59,850 nucleotides of DNA from Octopus bimaculoides (GCF_001194135.2 NC_068992.1:59731158-59791007); one strand, 5' to 3'. Positions 13,105 to 25,376 are shown, numbered from the stretch's first letter. Translations and numbers: made by a program. Notes: generated from the letters alone by a model not told the origin.

Positions 13105-13690
13105 TTCCTCTGTGTGTCCTGGATATACTTAAGATTAGTCATAACATTAACGATAGAACAAGGATAAAACATCTAATTGTGTTCTGGACAAACTTAATAT
13201 CAATCATAACGTTAATACAAAGACAAAACATCCTGTTACTCTGTGTTCTGAAAATACTTAAGATCAGTCATAAGATTAGCTACAGAACACTGTCAGAATT
13301 CCCTCTGTATGTCTTGGACAAACTTAATATCAATCATAACATTAATACAAAGACAAAATATATCCTAACATAAGGCCAATCGTAAGATTAACCACAGAAG
13401 AAGGACAAATAGTTTTTGACTGTGTCTTGGAAAAACTTAAGATCAGTCATAACATTAATCTAATACAAAGACAAAACATCGTGTTACTTTTTGTTTTGGA
13501 ACAACTTAAGACCAGTCATAAGATTAACTACAGAACACTGACAAAATTCCCTCTAACTGTGTGTCTTGGACAAACTTAAGATCAGTCATAACATTAATCA
13601 AGTAACAAGGACAAATATTCACTGCGTCCCAAATTTAAGATCCGTCATATCAGTAGCATTAGAATGAGGACATAACGTCCTCTAACTCTG
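13105..13690. repeat. About 65-bp unit minisatellite with higher-order structure
   Basis: Anchor TTAAGATCAGTCATAA-like motif at 13129, 13194, 13258, 13324, (13372), 13437, 13506, 13576 and 13635. Confidence 0.85.
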
Positions 13691-13764
13691 TAGACATGTG
13701 CAATATGCAAAAAGCATGTTAGAGTAAACAACAGTAAATATGGATTCATCAAATATGCAGTAAT

Positions 13765-13880
13765 TTGAGACGGTATTTAACTAATGTGGCTGCTACCTTC
13801 AAATGTGAGGTATGTGTAGAGGAAGCTGTAGAAGGAAGAGATGTTAAACTGGATCTGGAGAAATGTTGTGAAGATAGGAT
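13765..13880 (+). mobile_element. Possible RTE RT-domain remnant
   Basis: Peptide AATFKCEVCVEEAVEGRDVKL resembles the CxxC insertion of RTE reverse transcriptases. Short and degenerate. Confidence 0.3.
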
Positions 13881-13947
13881 GGGTGAAAACATTTTGTTAT
13901 TTATAATATTTCGAATGGAGAAGTTCCATTAGACTCAGTGACAGTGG

Positions 13948-14018
13948 CTGGATCAGAATTGACTATGTCTGGTCACTGGATCAGGTCTGACTATGTTGGT
14001 TGGATCAGAGCTGATCTC
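13948..14018. repeat. 24-28-bp tandem repeat (3 units, TGGATCAG anchor)
   Basis: ctggatcag at 13948 and 13976, ttggatcag at 14000. Confidence 0.7.
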
Positions 14019-14098
14019 GTACTGAGCAACAAGAACAAAAACAACAACAAAAGCAGCGAAGCCATTGAGAGAGAAAGAGAGCATGAAAGAAAGAGAGA

Positions 14099-14130
<32 letters not shown>

Positions 14131-14399
14131 AAAGAGAAAGAATGAAAGAGAGGAGACACTGACTTACAAGAAATAACAGTTAAATTTCTCATAAATCTTT
14201 AAAATCTGAAAGGACATATTGAAGAATATAGTTTAAAATAAATTCTACTTTCAAATCAGTGGATGATCATAACTAGAATTGATTTAACCATTTATCTGAT
14301 GAATCAAGGCTGGAACCATTATTACAGAAAAATGCTTTAATCTCCATTTATGGGTTCATCATCTTAAAATGTGAAACATTAGCCCTGAACAGTTGTATT

Positions 14400-14535
14400 C
14401 TGTTCAGAGGGAACGTTGGCCAGCCTACTTGCCTATCCAACCAATGGGGTGGCTTCATTTGAAAGTAATAACAATGTGAGGAAGTGCATTGTGACCAGCA
14501 GTGTATAACAGACAACATTCAATATAGTCTGATTG
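14400..14535 (+). mobile_element. Headless SINE body matching 58975-59120 (opposite strand)
   Basis: gggaacgttggcc...gggtggcttcatttgaaag...gcattgtgaccagcagtgtataaca aligns with the reverse complement of 58990-59120. Confidence 0.65.
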
Positions 14536-14610
14536 ATACAGTGATACAGTGTTTTTTTCTATTTCTCAAAACAAAGGGAAGACAGAAAATGGATGAAGTA
14601 GGGGTACTAC

Positions 14611-14712
14611 CTGGAGTGATGTGAGTCTCTCTTCTAATTTAGTGACTCTTTTCTCCAAAGAACTTTGATTGCTGTGCATATCAGTAACCAATTCCTGGAT
14701 TTGGACCTGGGT
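14611..14712 (-). CDS. SK: Internal coding exon (phase 0/0) of a probable SK/KCNN small-conductance Ca2+-activated K+ channel; C-terminal coiled coil
   Basis: Long polypyrimidine acceptor (ttttcttttttgttttacag|ACC) and CAG|gtagta donor. 102 nt = 34 open codons, TQVQIQELVTDMHSNQSSLEKRVTKLEERLTSLQ. Resembles the post-CaMBD SK segment as I recall it (Drosophila SK TQNTVYEIISDMSSRQDAIEERLTNLEDKMQSIQ). No search was run. Confidence 0.78.
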
Positions 14713-14769
14713 CTGTAAAACAAAAAAGAAAAAAAACAAAGAATAGGAAAGGAATCATTATTATTGTAA

Positions 14770-15330
14770 ATGTCAGCATCTTTGTCACAAAATCATCAAC
14801 ATCATCATCATCAACATCATCGTTGACATAATCAATGTCACTGTTGCCAATATGAACATCAATCACCAGAATAATCATTATCATCATCATCATATATCAA
14901 CATCATCATCATCATCTTTACCAATACGTTTACCATTATATAATCAACATCATCATTATTGTTGTTATCCACATTATTGCTGTCATTGTCGTCGTCATCA
15001 TCATATAATCTTTACCATTATAAAATCAACATTATCATCGTCATTGTTGCTGTCCTCATCGTTGCTGTCATTTTTGTCATCATCATCATCATCATCATCA
15101 TCAATGGTGCTAATGGTACTGGTGTCATCATCTTAGTCATCATTGTCAACTCTATGGATATTGTCACTCTTGTTGTTATTCTTGTTGTTGTCAATCATGC
15201 TGTCGGCGTTGATGTACCACCAGCAATGTCAGTTTTATCATCAATGTCATTTTAATCATCATCATCATTACCATTTCCATCAATACCATTATAACCATCA
15301 CCATCACAATCTTCAACACCATCCATGATA
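14770..15330. repeat. (CAT)n-rich trinucleotide tract
   Basis: Direct reading. Lies immediately 5' (minus sense) of the SK-like exon acceptor. Confidence 0.9.
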
Positions 15331-16035
15331 ACAAAAATGCTTAAAAGTCAACAATAGTTTGAAAAGTTAATAAAAAATAATTTACAGGCAAAGAGATGGC
15401 ATGGCAGTCAAAGAGAACTAATTGATAAATTGCGAATAATTAGTGGTAATTAAGATATAATTATAGATTCAGAACCAGCCAGATAGTTAAACGTTAAAAG
15501 ATAGATACCAATAAGGCTGAAAACATCATAACATTGAGGCCTTACAGCTCTTTATTTAATAATTAAACCCATTGTGTGGCTGAGAGAGAAGAAAAAGGAA
15601 GAATTTATGCAATTTTGAAAAATTCTTCCTGATTTTTGCTTTGTATAGTTCTAAACTTTGTCAAAGTCATAGAAAGCAGAATTCATATGATAACTGTCCA
15701 AAATTCTTCTGCTTCCACCAGGAATAAATGTGTCCATGATTATTTAAGAATAGAAGAAAATTTAAAGTTTATGTGGGCTTTTGGTTTCAAAGATATTTTT
15801 GGTAAGTGGTGACGGAGAGAGAAATTGTTGGTGTATATGGGGAGGGAGTGTGCGAGAGAGATTATAGGTCTGTGTGGAGAGAGAGAGAGGGAGAGAGAGA
15901 GAAAGAGAGAGAGAAAGAGAGAAAGACATTATTGGTATATATATGTGTGTGTGTATATATATATATACATATACATATATACATATATCTTTATTTATGT
16001 ATACATATATATAGATATTTGTATGTATGTATGTG

Positions 16036-16074
<39 letters not shown>

Positions 16075-16182
16075 TTATTAATATATATATATATTTATAT
16101 ATATATATCATCATCATCGTTATTGTTTAACATTTGCCTTCCATGGGTTAGACAAATATATATATATATATATATATATTGT

Positions 16183-16305
16183 TTTCTACTCTAGGCACAA
16201 GGCCTGAAACTTTTTGGGGTGGGGGGCCCAGTCGATTAGATCGACTCCAGTACACAACTGGTACTTAATTTATCGACCCCAAAAGGATGAAAGGCAAAGT
16301 CGACC
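16183..16305 (-). mobile_element. SINE family A, 3' part
   Basis: ggcacaaggcctgaaac...ctggtacttaatttatcgaccccaaaaggatgaaaggcaaagtcgac. Confidence 0.8.
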
Positions 16306-16463
16306 AATTAAATTCATGTCCAGTCTAAGAGTCTGACAAGATGTCCGTGTATGTGAAACCATTGGTCACTCTATGACTAGACATTAACTTGATTACTTTT
16401 AATACTCCTCTATTCTTTAGAGTGCGCTTCTCTTTCGGACATAAATAAATATTGACAATATAT

Positions 16464-16829
16464 ATATTTGAAGACAATAAGGGTAAAAATACCGCTTGCT
16501 AAAAATTTAAGCGAAATCTTCAAAAAACCACCAATTCTATGATAAATACACACACAAACAATGTAATGAATATTTAAAAAATAGGCCTGCCTTCAGGATG
16601 GAATTTGAAGGCAGTTTTAATACATACTCTAATATCAATTGACTTCATGCTGTGCATAATAAAACATGCTTTGCAATCCTCAGTTGGACACAGTATTTAA
16701 CATCTATTTCTAAAATATTCATTACGTCAACTCAGGTGCATTTCTAACTTTAAACGTCCTGCTCTATTTAAAGAGAAAACTATCAAATTTTTAGCAAGCA
16801 GTATTTTTATTCTACTTGTCTTCAAATAT
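16464..16829. mobile_element. MITE-like element with 45-bp inverted repeats
   Basis: 16464-16508 vs reverse complement of 16785-16829 match at 40/45. Confidence 0.6.
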
Positions 16830-17789
16830 TTTATATTATACCTGTTTAGGTAGAAGTCTTGCTAGCCACCTCATTATTACTGTTTTTTTAACATTAATAA
16901 NNNNNNNNNNNNNNNNNNNNNNNNNNNNNNNNNNNNNNNNNNNNNNNNNNNNNNNNNNNNNNNNNNNNNNNNNNNNNNNNNNNNNNNNNNNNNNNNNNNN
17001 NNNNNNNNNNNNNNNNNNNNNNNNNNNNNNNNNNNNNNNNNNNNNNNNNNNNNNNNNNNNNNNNNNNNNNNNNNNNNNNNNNNNNNNNNNNNNNNNNNNN
17101 NNNNNNNNNNNNNNNNNNNNNNNNNNNNNNNNNNNNNNNNNNNNNNNNNNNNNNNNNNNNNNNNNNNNNNNNNNNNNNNNNNNNNNNNNNNNNNNNNNNN
17201 NNNNNNNNNNNNNNNNNNNNNNNNNNNNNNNNNNNNNNNNNNNNNNNNNNNNNNNNNNNNNNNNNNNNNNNNNNNNNNNNNNNNNNNNNNNNNNNNNATA
17301 TATATATATGTGAGTAAATAGTGGGGATGTGTTAACTGCACGTGGAGAAATAATAGGAAAATGAAGAATAAGGCAGAATGCTAAACTGGAAGCATATTTT
17401 CAAGAAGGAGAATGAAAATGTTTTTTACAAAGAAGTACAAAATGAAGAAAATAATATATAAAAAAATAACTATACCAATACATTATATTGTCTTTGAGCT
17501 TTTGAAGTTCAATGGTAGTTCATGTATATAATGGTTGGAAAAATAAGGATGCATGAGAGTTGAGAGTTGTGTTAGGTTTAACAAAAGGGTTAAAAGTTTG
17601 TGTTAAGCAGGAAGTGTGGTGTCAAAACAAGAAGTGTGTGTAAGGGGAGACAAATGTTTTTAGTTGGAGTTATGAACTCTTTTTCTCAGCAAAGTTAAAT
17701 AAGCAAAACTGCAGCAGCAACATTACTAACAACTGTCTCTTAGAGTTGAAATACCCTGAAAAATTATTACTTACCGATCTGAAGTTATG

Positions 17790-18095
17790 ATCCCAAAATT
17801 CTATCAATATTTACATTGGACTTATATCTAATCCTTTCAAATTTTGATACAGCTAAATACACACAAGGATGTAAACAAACCAACACTGTTTGTGAATTGG
17901 TAGTGAGCGACAAACAAAAAGAACACACACACACACACACACACTTGTGTGATGGGCTTCTGTCTACCAAATCCACTCACAATCCTTTGGCCAACCCAGG
18001 GCTATAGTAGAAGACACTTGCTCAAGGTGCCATGCAATGGGACTGAACCCGGAACCATGTAGTTGGGAATCTAACTTCTTACTACAAAGCCACAC
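17790..18095 (-). mobile_element. SINE family B (head clear, 3' part degenerate)
   Basis: gggactgaacccggaaccatg and aaatccactcacaatcctttggcc blocks. Confidence 0.75.
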
Positions 18096-18813
18096 TTACA
18101 CTTATATTTTGTTTTCCACTTCAGCATTTAATTTTTAACCCAATTATTTATTTCCATGTTTTTAGTATTATTTATACCCCTTCTAATCCCTCTCAACCTT
18201 ACTAAATTATGTGGATAAAACTTTATTTTAATCTGGGTTGATGAATAATTTGTGAGTAAATTCAGTAGATGGAAACTGTGTGAAACCAATTTTATGTGCT
18301 TTTTTTTCCCCCCTGAGTGAGTGATACAGACACGTTTATTATACAGGTGGATGGATTTTGTTTTACCATTTAAGCAGTTTTGAAAACATGGAAATTAGTA
18401 GCTGTAGTCTAATGACTAGAACAAATAAAAGATAAAAGATATATGCACACACACACACACAGCACAGAGTAAAAATAAAAATGCTCTGAAATATTTATGC
18501 TGAAAAAATATATAGTTACAAGGCAAAATATTTACATAGTCCACTGGTTTCACTTATTTGGCTAATCATGACTGAACAACTGTGATGATGTTATAATTCC
18601 ATGGTACTTTAATTAGTTGTAGTCATTTGATGTTGGTGTGAAAATGGAAATATCTAATCTCCCACCAACATTGAAGTAAGGCAGCATAGAATTATAACAT
18701 CATCACTAACTGTTTAGTAATGATTAGCCGAAAAACTGAAACCGGTCGACTATGTAAATACTTTTACTTCATAAATATATTTTTCCAACATAAATATTTC
18801 AGTGTATTTACCT

Positions 18814-18862
18814 TTTTATCTCTACTATAATTTTATCTCTACTATAATTTTATCTCTACTAT
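18814..18862. repeat. 17-bp tandem repeat, about 3 copies
   Basis: (ttttatctctactataa)x2 plus ttttatctctactat. Confidence 0.9.
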
Positions 18863-19339
18863 CAGCCTTATTTAAACAAACCTATGAAAAAAGACAGTCC
18901 AACCATGACTATCTTGTCTAACAATGATTATCTTGTCCTATTTTCAGACTACATTATCTAAATGTTATCTAATTTATACATTATCTAACGTGTAAATTTC
19001 TCTTTCGTAAGTCCATATAATGATGTTGTGATTTGAGAGATATTTAGCTCCTATTCCTGGCAAGTCAAGCAGGTTCTCTTTTGAATTAAAGTAAAATAGG
19101 TAGGCAACAATCTATTGATGGACATCATGAAATGACTGTTTGAAGTTATGGTCATGTGATTAGTGGGGTGCTGGGTACCTTAAATCCTGAATAACTTATA
19201 GAGGTACCTTCATAATATATACCATAAATTGAGGTTTTCGCACCTGGTAGATCCCATTCTTCTTTACATTTTGAGCTCAACCACATTTTTGCCACATAAA
19301 AACACGTAATGTAAAAGTGCCCATGGACACTTTTATGTG

Positions 19340-19570
19340 TGCCACATAGAAGTGTCCACGTGGTGCCACTTAAACATGCCTATGAGGTGCCACATAAAAG
19401 CACCCAACACCCTGTAAAATGGCTGGCGTTGAGGGGGGCATCCAACAGTAGAAACCATTCCAAATCAGACTGGTGTCTGGTGCAGCCCTCCAGCTTGGCA
19501 GCTCTGGTCAAGCCATCCAACCAACCCATGCCAGCATGGATAACAGACGTTAAATGATGATGATGATGAG
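19340..19570 (+). mobile_element. Repeat family C (LINE-3'-end-like, (GAT)n tail)
   Basis: ggtgccacataaaagcacc...ggcatccaacagtagaaacc...aacccatgccagcatgga...gttaaatgatgatg. Confidence 0.8.
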
Positions 19571-20914
19571 AAAGTGAGAAGAACAGAAAGGATAATGAAG
19601 ATGAACAGATGCTAGTACTGCTACTTAACTTTTTGATCCGAAAGGGACTGGAGTACAAAGAAAATCTCGGCAAGATTTGAACTCAGATAGCAGAGAAATG
19701 GACTGTATAGCAGAGAGTATTTTAGCTTCTGCACTAATACCACTAGTAACTCACTGGCTTAAATTGTCAGAACATTAAAATTAAAGAAAACATAGACACA
19801 CACACACACATACACACACACATACACATACATGCTCACAGAGAGGGCATTTTGAGAAAATGGGAAATTTTATATTCCAGTATGGCCCTTCTATAGAGGA
19901 TACGAGTGCAGTGTCTGTGAACCCTGTATGATCAATTGTTTAGCATTTCTATCACATAGCCCTCATCAATATCTTTGTATCATATAAATATCCAACAGCA
20001 AAGCGGTAAAAAAAAAACTCCACAAAAATAAAAAAAGCAACTAAAAATGGCAATATTTCTTAGTTAAACAGATTTCTATAGAAATATCAAACTGTGTTCA
20101 AATTTTGCCGTCCATGTTGGCATGGTAAAAGCAATAAAAATTAGGAATTTGCTTGTATGGTAATGGAAGTTTGTTTGTATGGGAAGCAGAGTGAAAGAAA
20201 TATCTGTTTTATATCAATGAAAGATAATTGGAAAGATAATATGGAACGTTGTTTATATTCTTCATGAAAATCAATGATTCGAAGAAAGGTCAGACGAAAG
20301 TGTACACAAAGAAAAAGAAAAAGCCCCAGAAAGAACCAACAGAAAATAAACAAAATCAAAGATGGTAACATAACAAAAATATAATAAAAAGGTCTAATTC
20401 TTGTTTGGCCGAAATATAATTCTATATGGTGAAAAATAATTTTAATTGCATAAAAAAATAGTTTTAGTATTTTGTAAGGAAAGAAAAATGATTTGAAGAA
20501 AAATTAAATAAATACTTAATAATATACAAATAAAAAGTATCAAAATAAAGAATAAAATAATTAAAGTGCAGAATAAAACAATGTTCTTTTAATGTGGACC
20601 AAATTATAGAAGTAAATTTCTTGACTGATATTCTCTATTGTTGATACTGCAAGATAAATTAATAATTTGTTTGCAAGTTATGGAAGTGTCTATTTACACT
20701 AATTATTGAAACCCCTGCCAAAAAAAAAAAAAATAAATAAATAAAATAAATGTTGAGAAAAGAAATCCCTAAAGGACTCATTTATTTTAATTTTTAGGTC
20801 ACCTATTTAATTTAAATTCCAATATCTATAGCATTTGAATGTGAATAATAGATGTATGTAGATATATGTATATGTGTATGTGAATTTATATATGCACACA
20901 TACATACATATATA

Positions 20915-20961
<47 letters not shown>

Positions 20962-21529
20962 AACCCATACAAGCATGAAAAGTGAATATAAAATTACAAT
21001 ATGGATGATATATATACATACACATATACACACACACGCACACATATATATATATATATATACATAGGGGGAGAGAGATATACATAGAGAAAGAAGAATC
21101 TTCTCTTGTACTTGTCTAGTCTGGTACTTTATCATTTGAGTAAATAACTCAAAAAATGATTGTTAAATCTCACAATGTTGACCTGAGTAGGATTTGAACT
21201 CAGAATGTATTTAACATATGGTATTTGGCTAATGCTATAACAGCTGACTTCCTCCTCATGTTAATACGGGACACATTAAATAAATGCTACATGCCACATA
21301 GTATATGTCATGATTTTGCCCTAAATGAAAAATCCACTCTAACACAGTTACAGAATAGATTTAAGATGTTTAAGATGTAAGAAAACAGTAAAGGACTCAT
21401 ACTATGATCACTTGGATTACCAGAAATAATAGCCAAAGAAAGAGAAGGTTGCATTTGATAATATAGTCCTATATATCTGATATTATATGCTTGAATAAAA
21501 GATGGGGCAGTCATGGCTGGAACCCATTT

Positions 21530-21832
21530 GTTTACTATCACTGAAGATTATTCCTGGGAAAAGCACATCCTTAACATTGCTAAGACTGCATCACAAAACC
21601 TGGCCCTTCTCTTCAGGACCAGAAAAACCTTCAGCTTCCAATGGCTGTTGACATCCTACAAAGCTTGAGTGGGTCTCATGATGGAGTAGTGCTCCTACAT
21701 CAAGGCTGGTGCAGCTGCAATGCTGACAGATAACATGGGCTCCATCCAGAGAAGGGCCACTTGAGTAATTAGTTTTCAGTCATTAGCTAGCATGCTTCAG
21801 CCTCTGGCCCACAGGCATGCTGTTTACCTTTT
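21530..21832 (+). mobile_element. CR1/L2-like LINE RT C-terminal fragment, part 1
   Basis: YSWEKHILNIAKTASQNLALLFRTRKTFSFQWLLTSYKA*...SIQRRAT with in-frame stops. Confidence 0.75.
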
Positions 21833-21834
21833 TT

Positions 21835-22165
21835 GGATTTTGAAAGACCAGCTGAAAAGCCAGTCACCTATTTAGGGATAGACTCAACCCACTGGGTGGG
21901 AGGGAGACACAACACAGAGGGAAGTGTGGTAAGACTACAGCTAGATAACTGCAAGCAAATTTGAGAAGGTTAGTGCAACAACAGCAGATGAGAAATGCCA
22001 AAGAAGGAAAAAGTCATGATCGTGCTCCCCACCCATTTGACCAAATATTACATATTTGTCCCAAGTACACCAGACCCCGTCATTCAAGGAATGGTTTAGA
22101 TAACCACCTGAAGGTTTGCCACTCTTCCTCAGGAGCTTCAGACATAGAAAAACTGCCATCACATC
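21835..22165 (+). mobile_element. RTE LINE 3' end nested in the CR1/L2 fragment
   Basis: KDQLKSQ..GIDSTHW..REVW..FEKV..ADEKCQRRK and HICPKYTRPRHSRNGLDNHLKVC (RTE C-terminal Zn-knuckle-like), followed by (CATCA)n. Confidence 0.7.
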
Positions 22166-22385
22166 ACATCACATCACATAATGACCTCTGTTCTACAGAG
22201 ATTGCTGGTCTCATACCACTACAATCCAGTCAGTCCAAATCACTCCACTTCCTTTTTTCCCTCTTGTCACCCTTGTGGGATCCAAAACCCTTGGCTTTGC
22301 ACTAAACTATATGCCCTTTCCTTTTTCCCTAGAACACGGGCCCTCTGGAATTTTTTCCTGCTTACATCTTTTCAGTGGATGGCAC
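22166..22385 (+). mobile_element. CR1/L2-like LINE RT C-terminal fragment, part 2
   Basis: HNDLCSTEIAGLIP and CTKLYALSFFPRTRALWN (SFFPRT..LWN motif). Confidence 0.75.
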
Positions 22386-22456
22386 ATTAAAGCCGCCAAG
22401 TTCACTAGTCTCAGAAAGGCATGCAAAAGTTATGTGTATCACTCCTTCCTCTAAAC

Positions 22457-22836
22457 CAGTGATTCTCAGCCATTTCTTTTCCTATGCATCCCTTCCATCC
22501 CTATTTTACTCTCCTGGACCCTCATAGGCATTTAATGTTTAAAAAAAACCCATTATATTTTTATAATCAAATATTATTTGGAATTGTATTAATAAAATGA
22601 TCAAAATATTTTGGGTATTGTTGAAATGTGACTGATTGATTTATCTTCTATCTTTTACTTGTTTCAGTCATTAGACTGGCCATGCTGGGGCACCAACTTG
22701 AAGAATTTTTAGTTGAATGAATCAACCCCAGTACTTATATTTTGTTAAACCTGGTATTTATTCTATTGATCTCTTTTGCCAAACCTCTAAGTTACAGACA
22801 TAAACTCACCAACATCACTTGTCAAGGGGACAAACA

Positions 22837-22881
<45 letters not shown>

Positions 22882-23114
22882 ATGACAAGCTTCTTTCAGT
22901 TTCCATCTACCAAATCCACTCCCAAGGCTTTGGTTGACCCAAGGCTATTGTGGAAGACACTTGCCATGCATTGTTCCATGCAGTGGGACTGAACCTGGCT
23001 CCATACTGTCGGGAAGCAAGCTTCTTACCGCAAAGCCATGTCTGCACATAATTTTTAGCAACTAAATCTTATATGGACCCCAAGGGTCACGTGGACCCCA
23101 CTTGAAGGTCACTG
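22457..23114. mobile_element. hAT (Charlie-like) MITE containing a nested SINE B
   Basis: Ends CAGTGATTCTCA ... TTGAAGGTCACTG. Flanks ctctaaac and (g)ttctagac resemble the NTCTAGAN Charlie target. Confidence 0.6.
22650..23048 (-). mobile_element. SINE family B, near full length
   Basis: All B blocks present. Confidence 0.85.
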
Positions 23115-23603
23115 GTTCTAGACCCACAATAAGTAAGAAAAGAAAATGCAGATAAATCAAGCTGACCTGGGGCAAAACAACAACAATAATGATAATAACA
23201 ATATATAAACTCATTAAAAACAAACAAGTATTAATGTAAACCTATAAATATTTAAGACAGTACTAAAATATTCTATATGAAAACAAAACCAAATAATTTT
23301 GATTATAGATTGGCTTAAAAATCAATTAATTTGTATTCTTTTTAACAAAATATAGTGTTGTTGCTAAGTGTGTTAGAGTCATTAAAATCTTTGTTTCAAA
23401 ATTTATAAAAAAAAGAAAAAAATAGCAGAACCCATTTTATTCAGCATTTTTGGGGAAATTGTAAAGATTTTGTTGATATTTATTATTTTGCATAACATTT
23501 ATATTACACAAACACACACACACACATACACATGCACACACACATATGCATACTCATACGCACAAATATAGACATTTTATGCATACATATATACAAATAT
23601 ATG

Positions 23604-23652
<49 letters not shown>

Positions 23653-24020
23653 NNNNNNNNNNNNNNNNNNNNNNNNNNNNNNNNNNNNNNNNNNNNNNNN
23701 NNNNNNNNNNNNNNNNNNNNNNNNNNNNNNNNNNNNNNNNNNNNNNNNNNNNNNNNNNNNNNNNNNNNNNNNNNNNNNNNNNNNNNNNNNNNNNNNNNNN
23801 NNNNNNNNNNNNNNNNNNNNNNNNNNNNNNNNNNNNNNNNNNNNNNNNNNNNNNNNNNNNNNNNNNNNNNNNNNNNNNNNNNNNNNNNNNNNNNNNNNNN
23901 NNNNNNNNNNNNNNNNNNNNNNNNNNNNNNNNNNNNNNNNNNNNNNNNNNNNNNNNNNNNNNNNNNNNNNNNNNNNNNNNNNNNNNNNNNNNNNNNNNNN
24001 NNNNNNNNNNNNNNNNNNNN

Positions 24021-24052
<32 letters not shown>

Positions 24053-24703
24053 CATATATTTATATATATATTATATAAATTCCATTTATATATACATTTA
24101 TGTATAATATCACCTTAGTTTATTATGCTTGACATTAACAAGAATTCTAGGGAATATTGCTCGCTGCTGCATAGTTTTATGATTGTATGCAACAATGTTA
24201 TCTTAATCTGATTTTAAAGTAATTAAAATATTTTAGTTAAATTATTGGTTTCTGTTGATAGAAAGTCAATTTAAGTTAGAAATTTAATTACATAAGATTG
24301 GTGGGTGGCATTTTTTGCTAAAGTCGAGATCGTTGCAGTGGCCATGATGATGGATGTGCTAGTGGTAGTGGTGGTGGTTGTGGTGGTGGTATAGCCCATA
24401 GTGGTGGTAGTGGTGATGATTGTAACATCATTGTAGGTGTGGTGGTGGTGGTGGTGGTGGTGGCAGTGATTGTAATGGTTATTGTGGCATTACAAATATA
24501 TCACTCAATATGGTGTATTACTGGTATTTAGTCTTGTCAGCTCTTAATGTCTGAAACAAAAGCAGTAACATACTTGTCATCAGGTATCACATTCTGGGAG
24601 ATATCACTTCCACATAGTGGACTGGAAGATATCATCTTCATGTAATACATTAAAAAATAAGGTCTTCTAGTAGTATATCCAAAGATATCATCAACACATT
24701 TAA

Positions 24704-24784
24704 CCCTTTCGCTACCGTACCTATTTTGAGATGCTCATTTGTACTACAGATCCAGAGGCAGTTTCAGCTTGTTTGGTATTGAAA
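24704..24784. mobile_element. Internally deleted copy of the piggyBac-like MITE at 29971
   Basis: ttaaccctttcgctacc...attttgagatgctc joined to atttgtactacagatccagaggcagtttcagc...ttggtattgaaa. Confidence 0.6.
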
Positions 24785-24929
24785 TATACATGTTATCAGT
24801 TTCAGGTAGTATATTTAAAAATATCAATTTCAAGTAGGATACCTAAAGATATTGATTTGATGTAGGATATGCAAAGATATCACATTCATAAAGTGTCTTT
24901 GTCTTTTATCCTTTCCTTGGTTCAAGCAA

Positions 24930-25342
24930 TTGGTCCGTGGCCATGCTGGAGCACTGCTTTGAAGGGTTTTAGTCAAATGACTTAACCACAGCATTTATGT
25001 TTTGAAACCTGGTATGCATTCTATTGGGTAGTGTTGCTGAACTGTTAAGTCATGGGGATGTAAACAAACCAAAACTGGTTGTCAAGTGGTAATGTGGGAC
25101 AAATACAATCACAAAGGCAAAGACACACACATGTGCACATGCGCACACACACACACACATACATGCACACATATGATGGGCTTTCACATAGCTTTTGTCT
25201 ACCAAATCCACTCAAATCCACTCACAAGGCTTTGGTTGACTCAATGCTATATTGTAGAGGACACTTGCCCAAGGTGCCATTCCCTGGGACTGAACCCAGA
25301 ACTATATGGTTGGCAGGCAAGCTTCTTACCACACAGCCATAC
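24930..25342 (-). mobile_element. SINE family B, near full length
   Basis: All B blocks, with a small aaatccactc duplication. Confidence 0.85.
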
Positions 25343-25376
25343 CTATATATATATATATATATATATNNNNNNNNNN

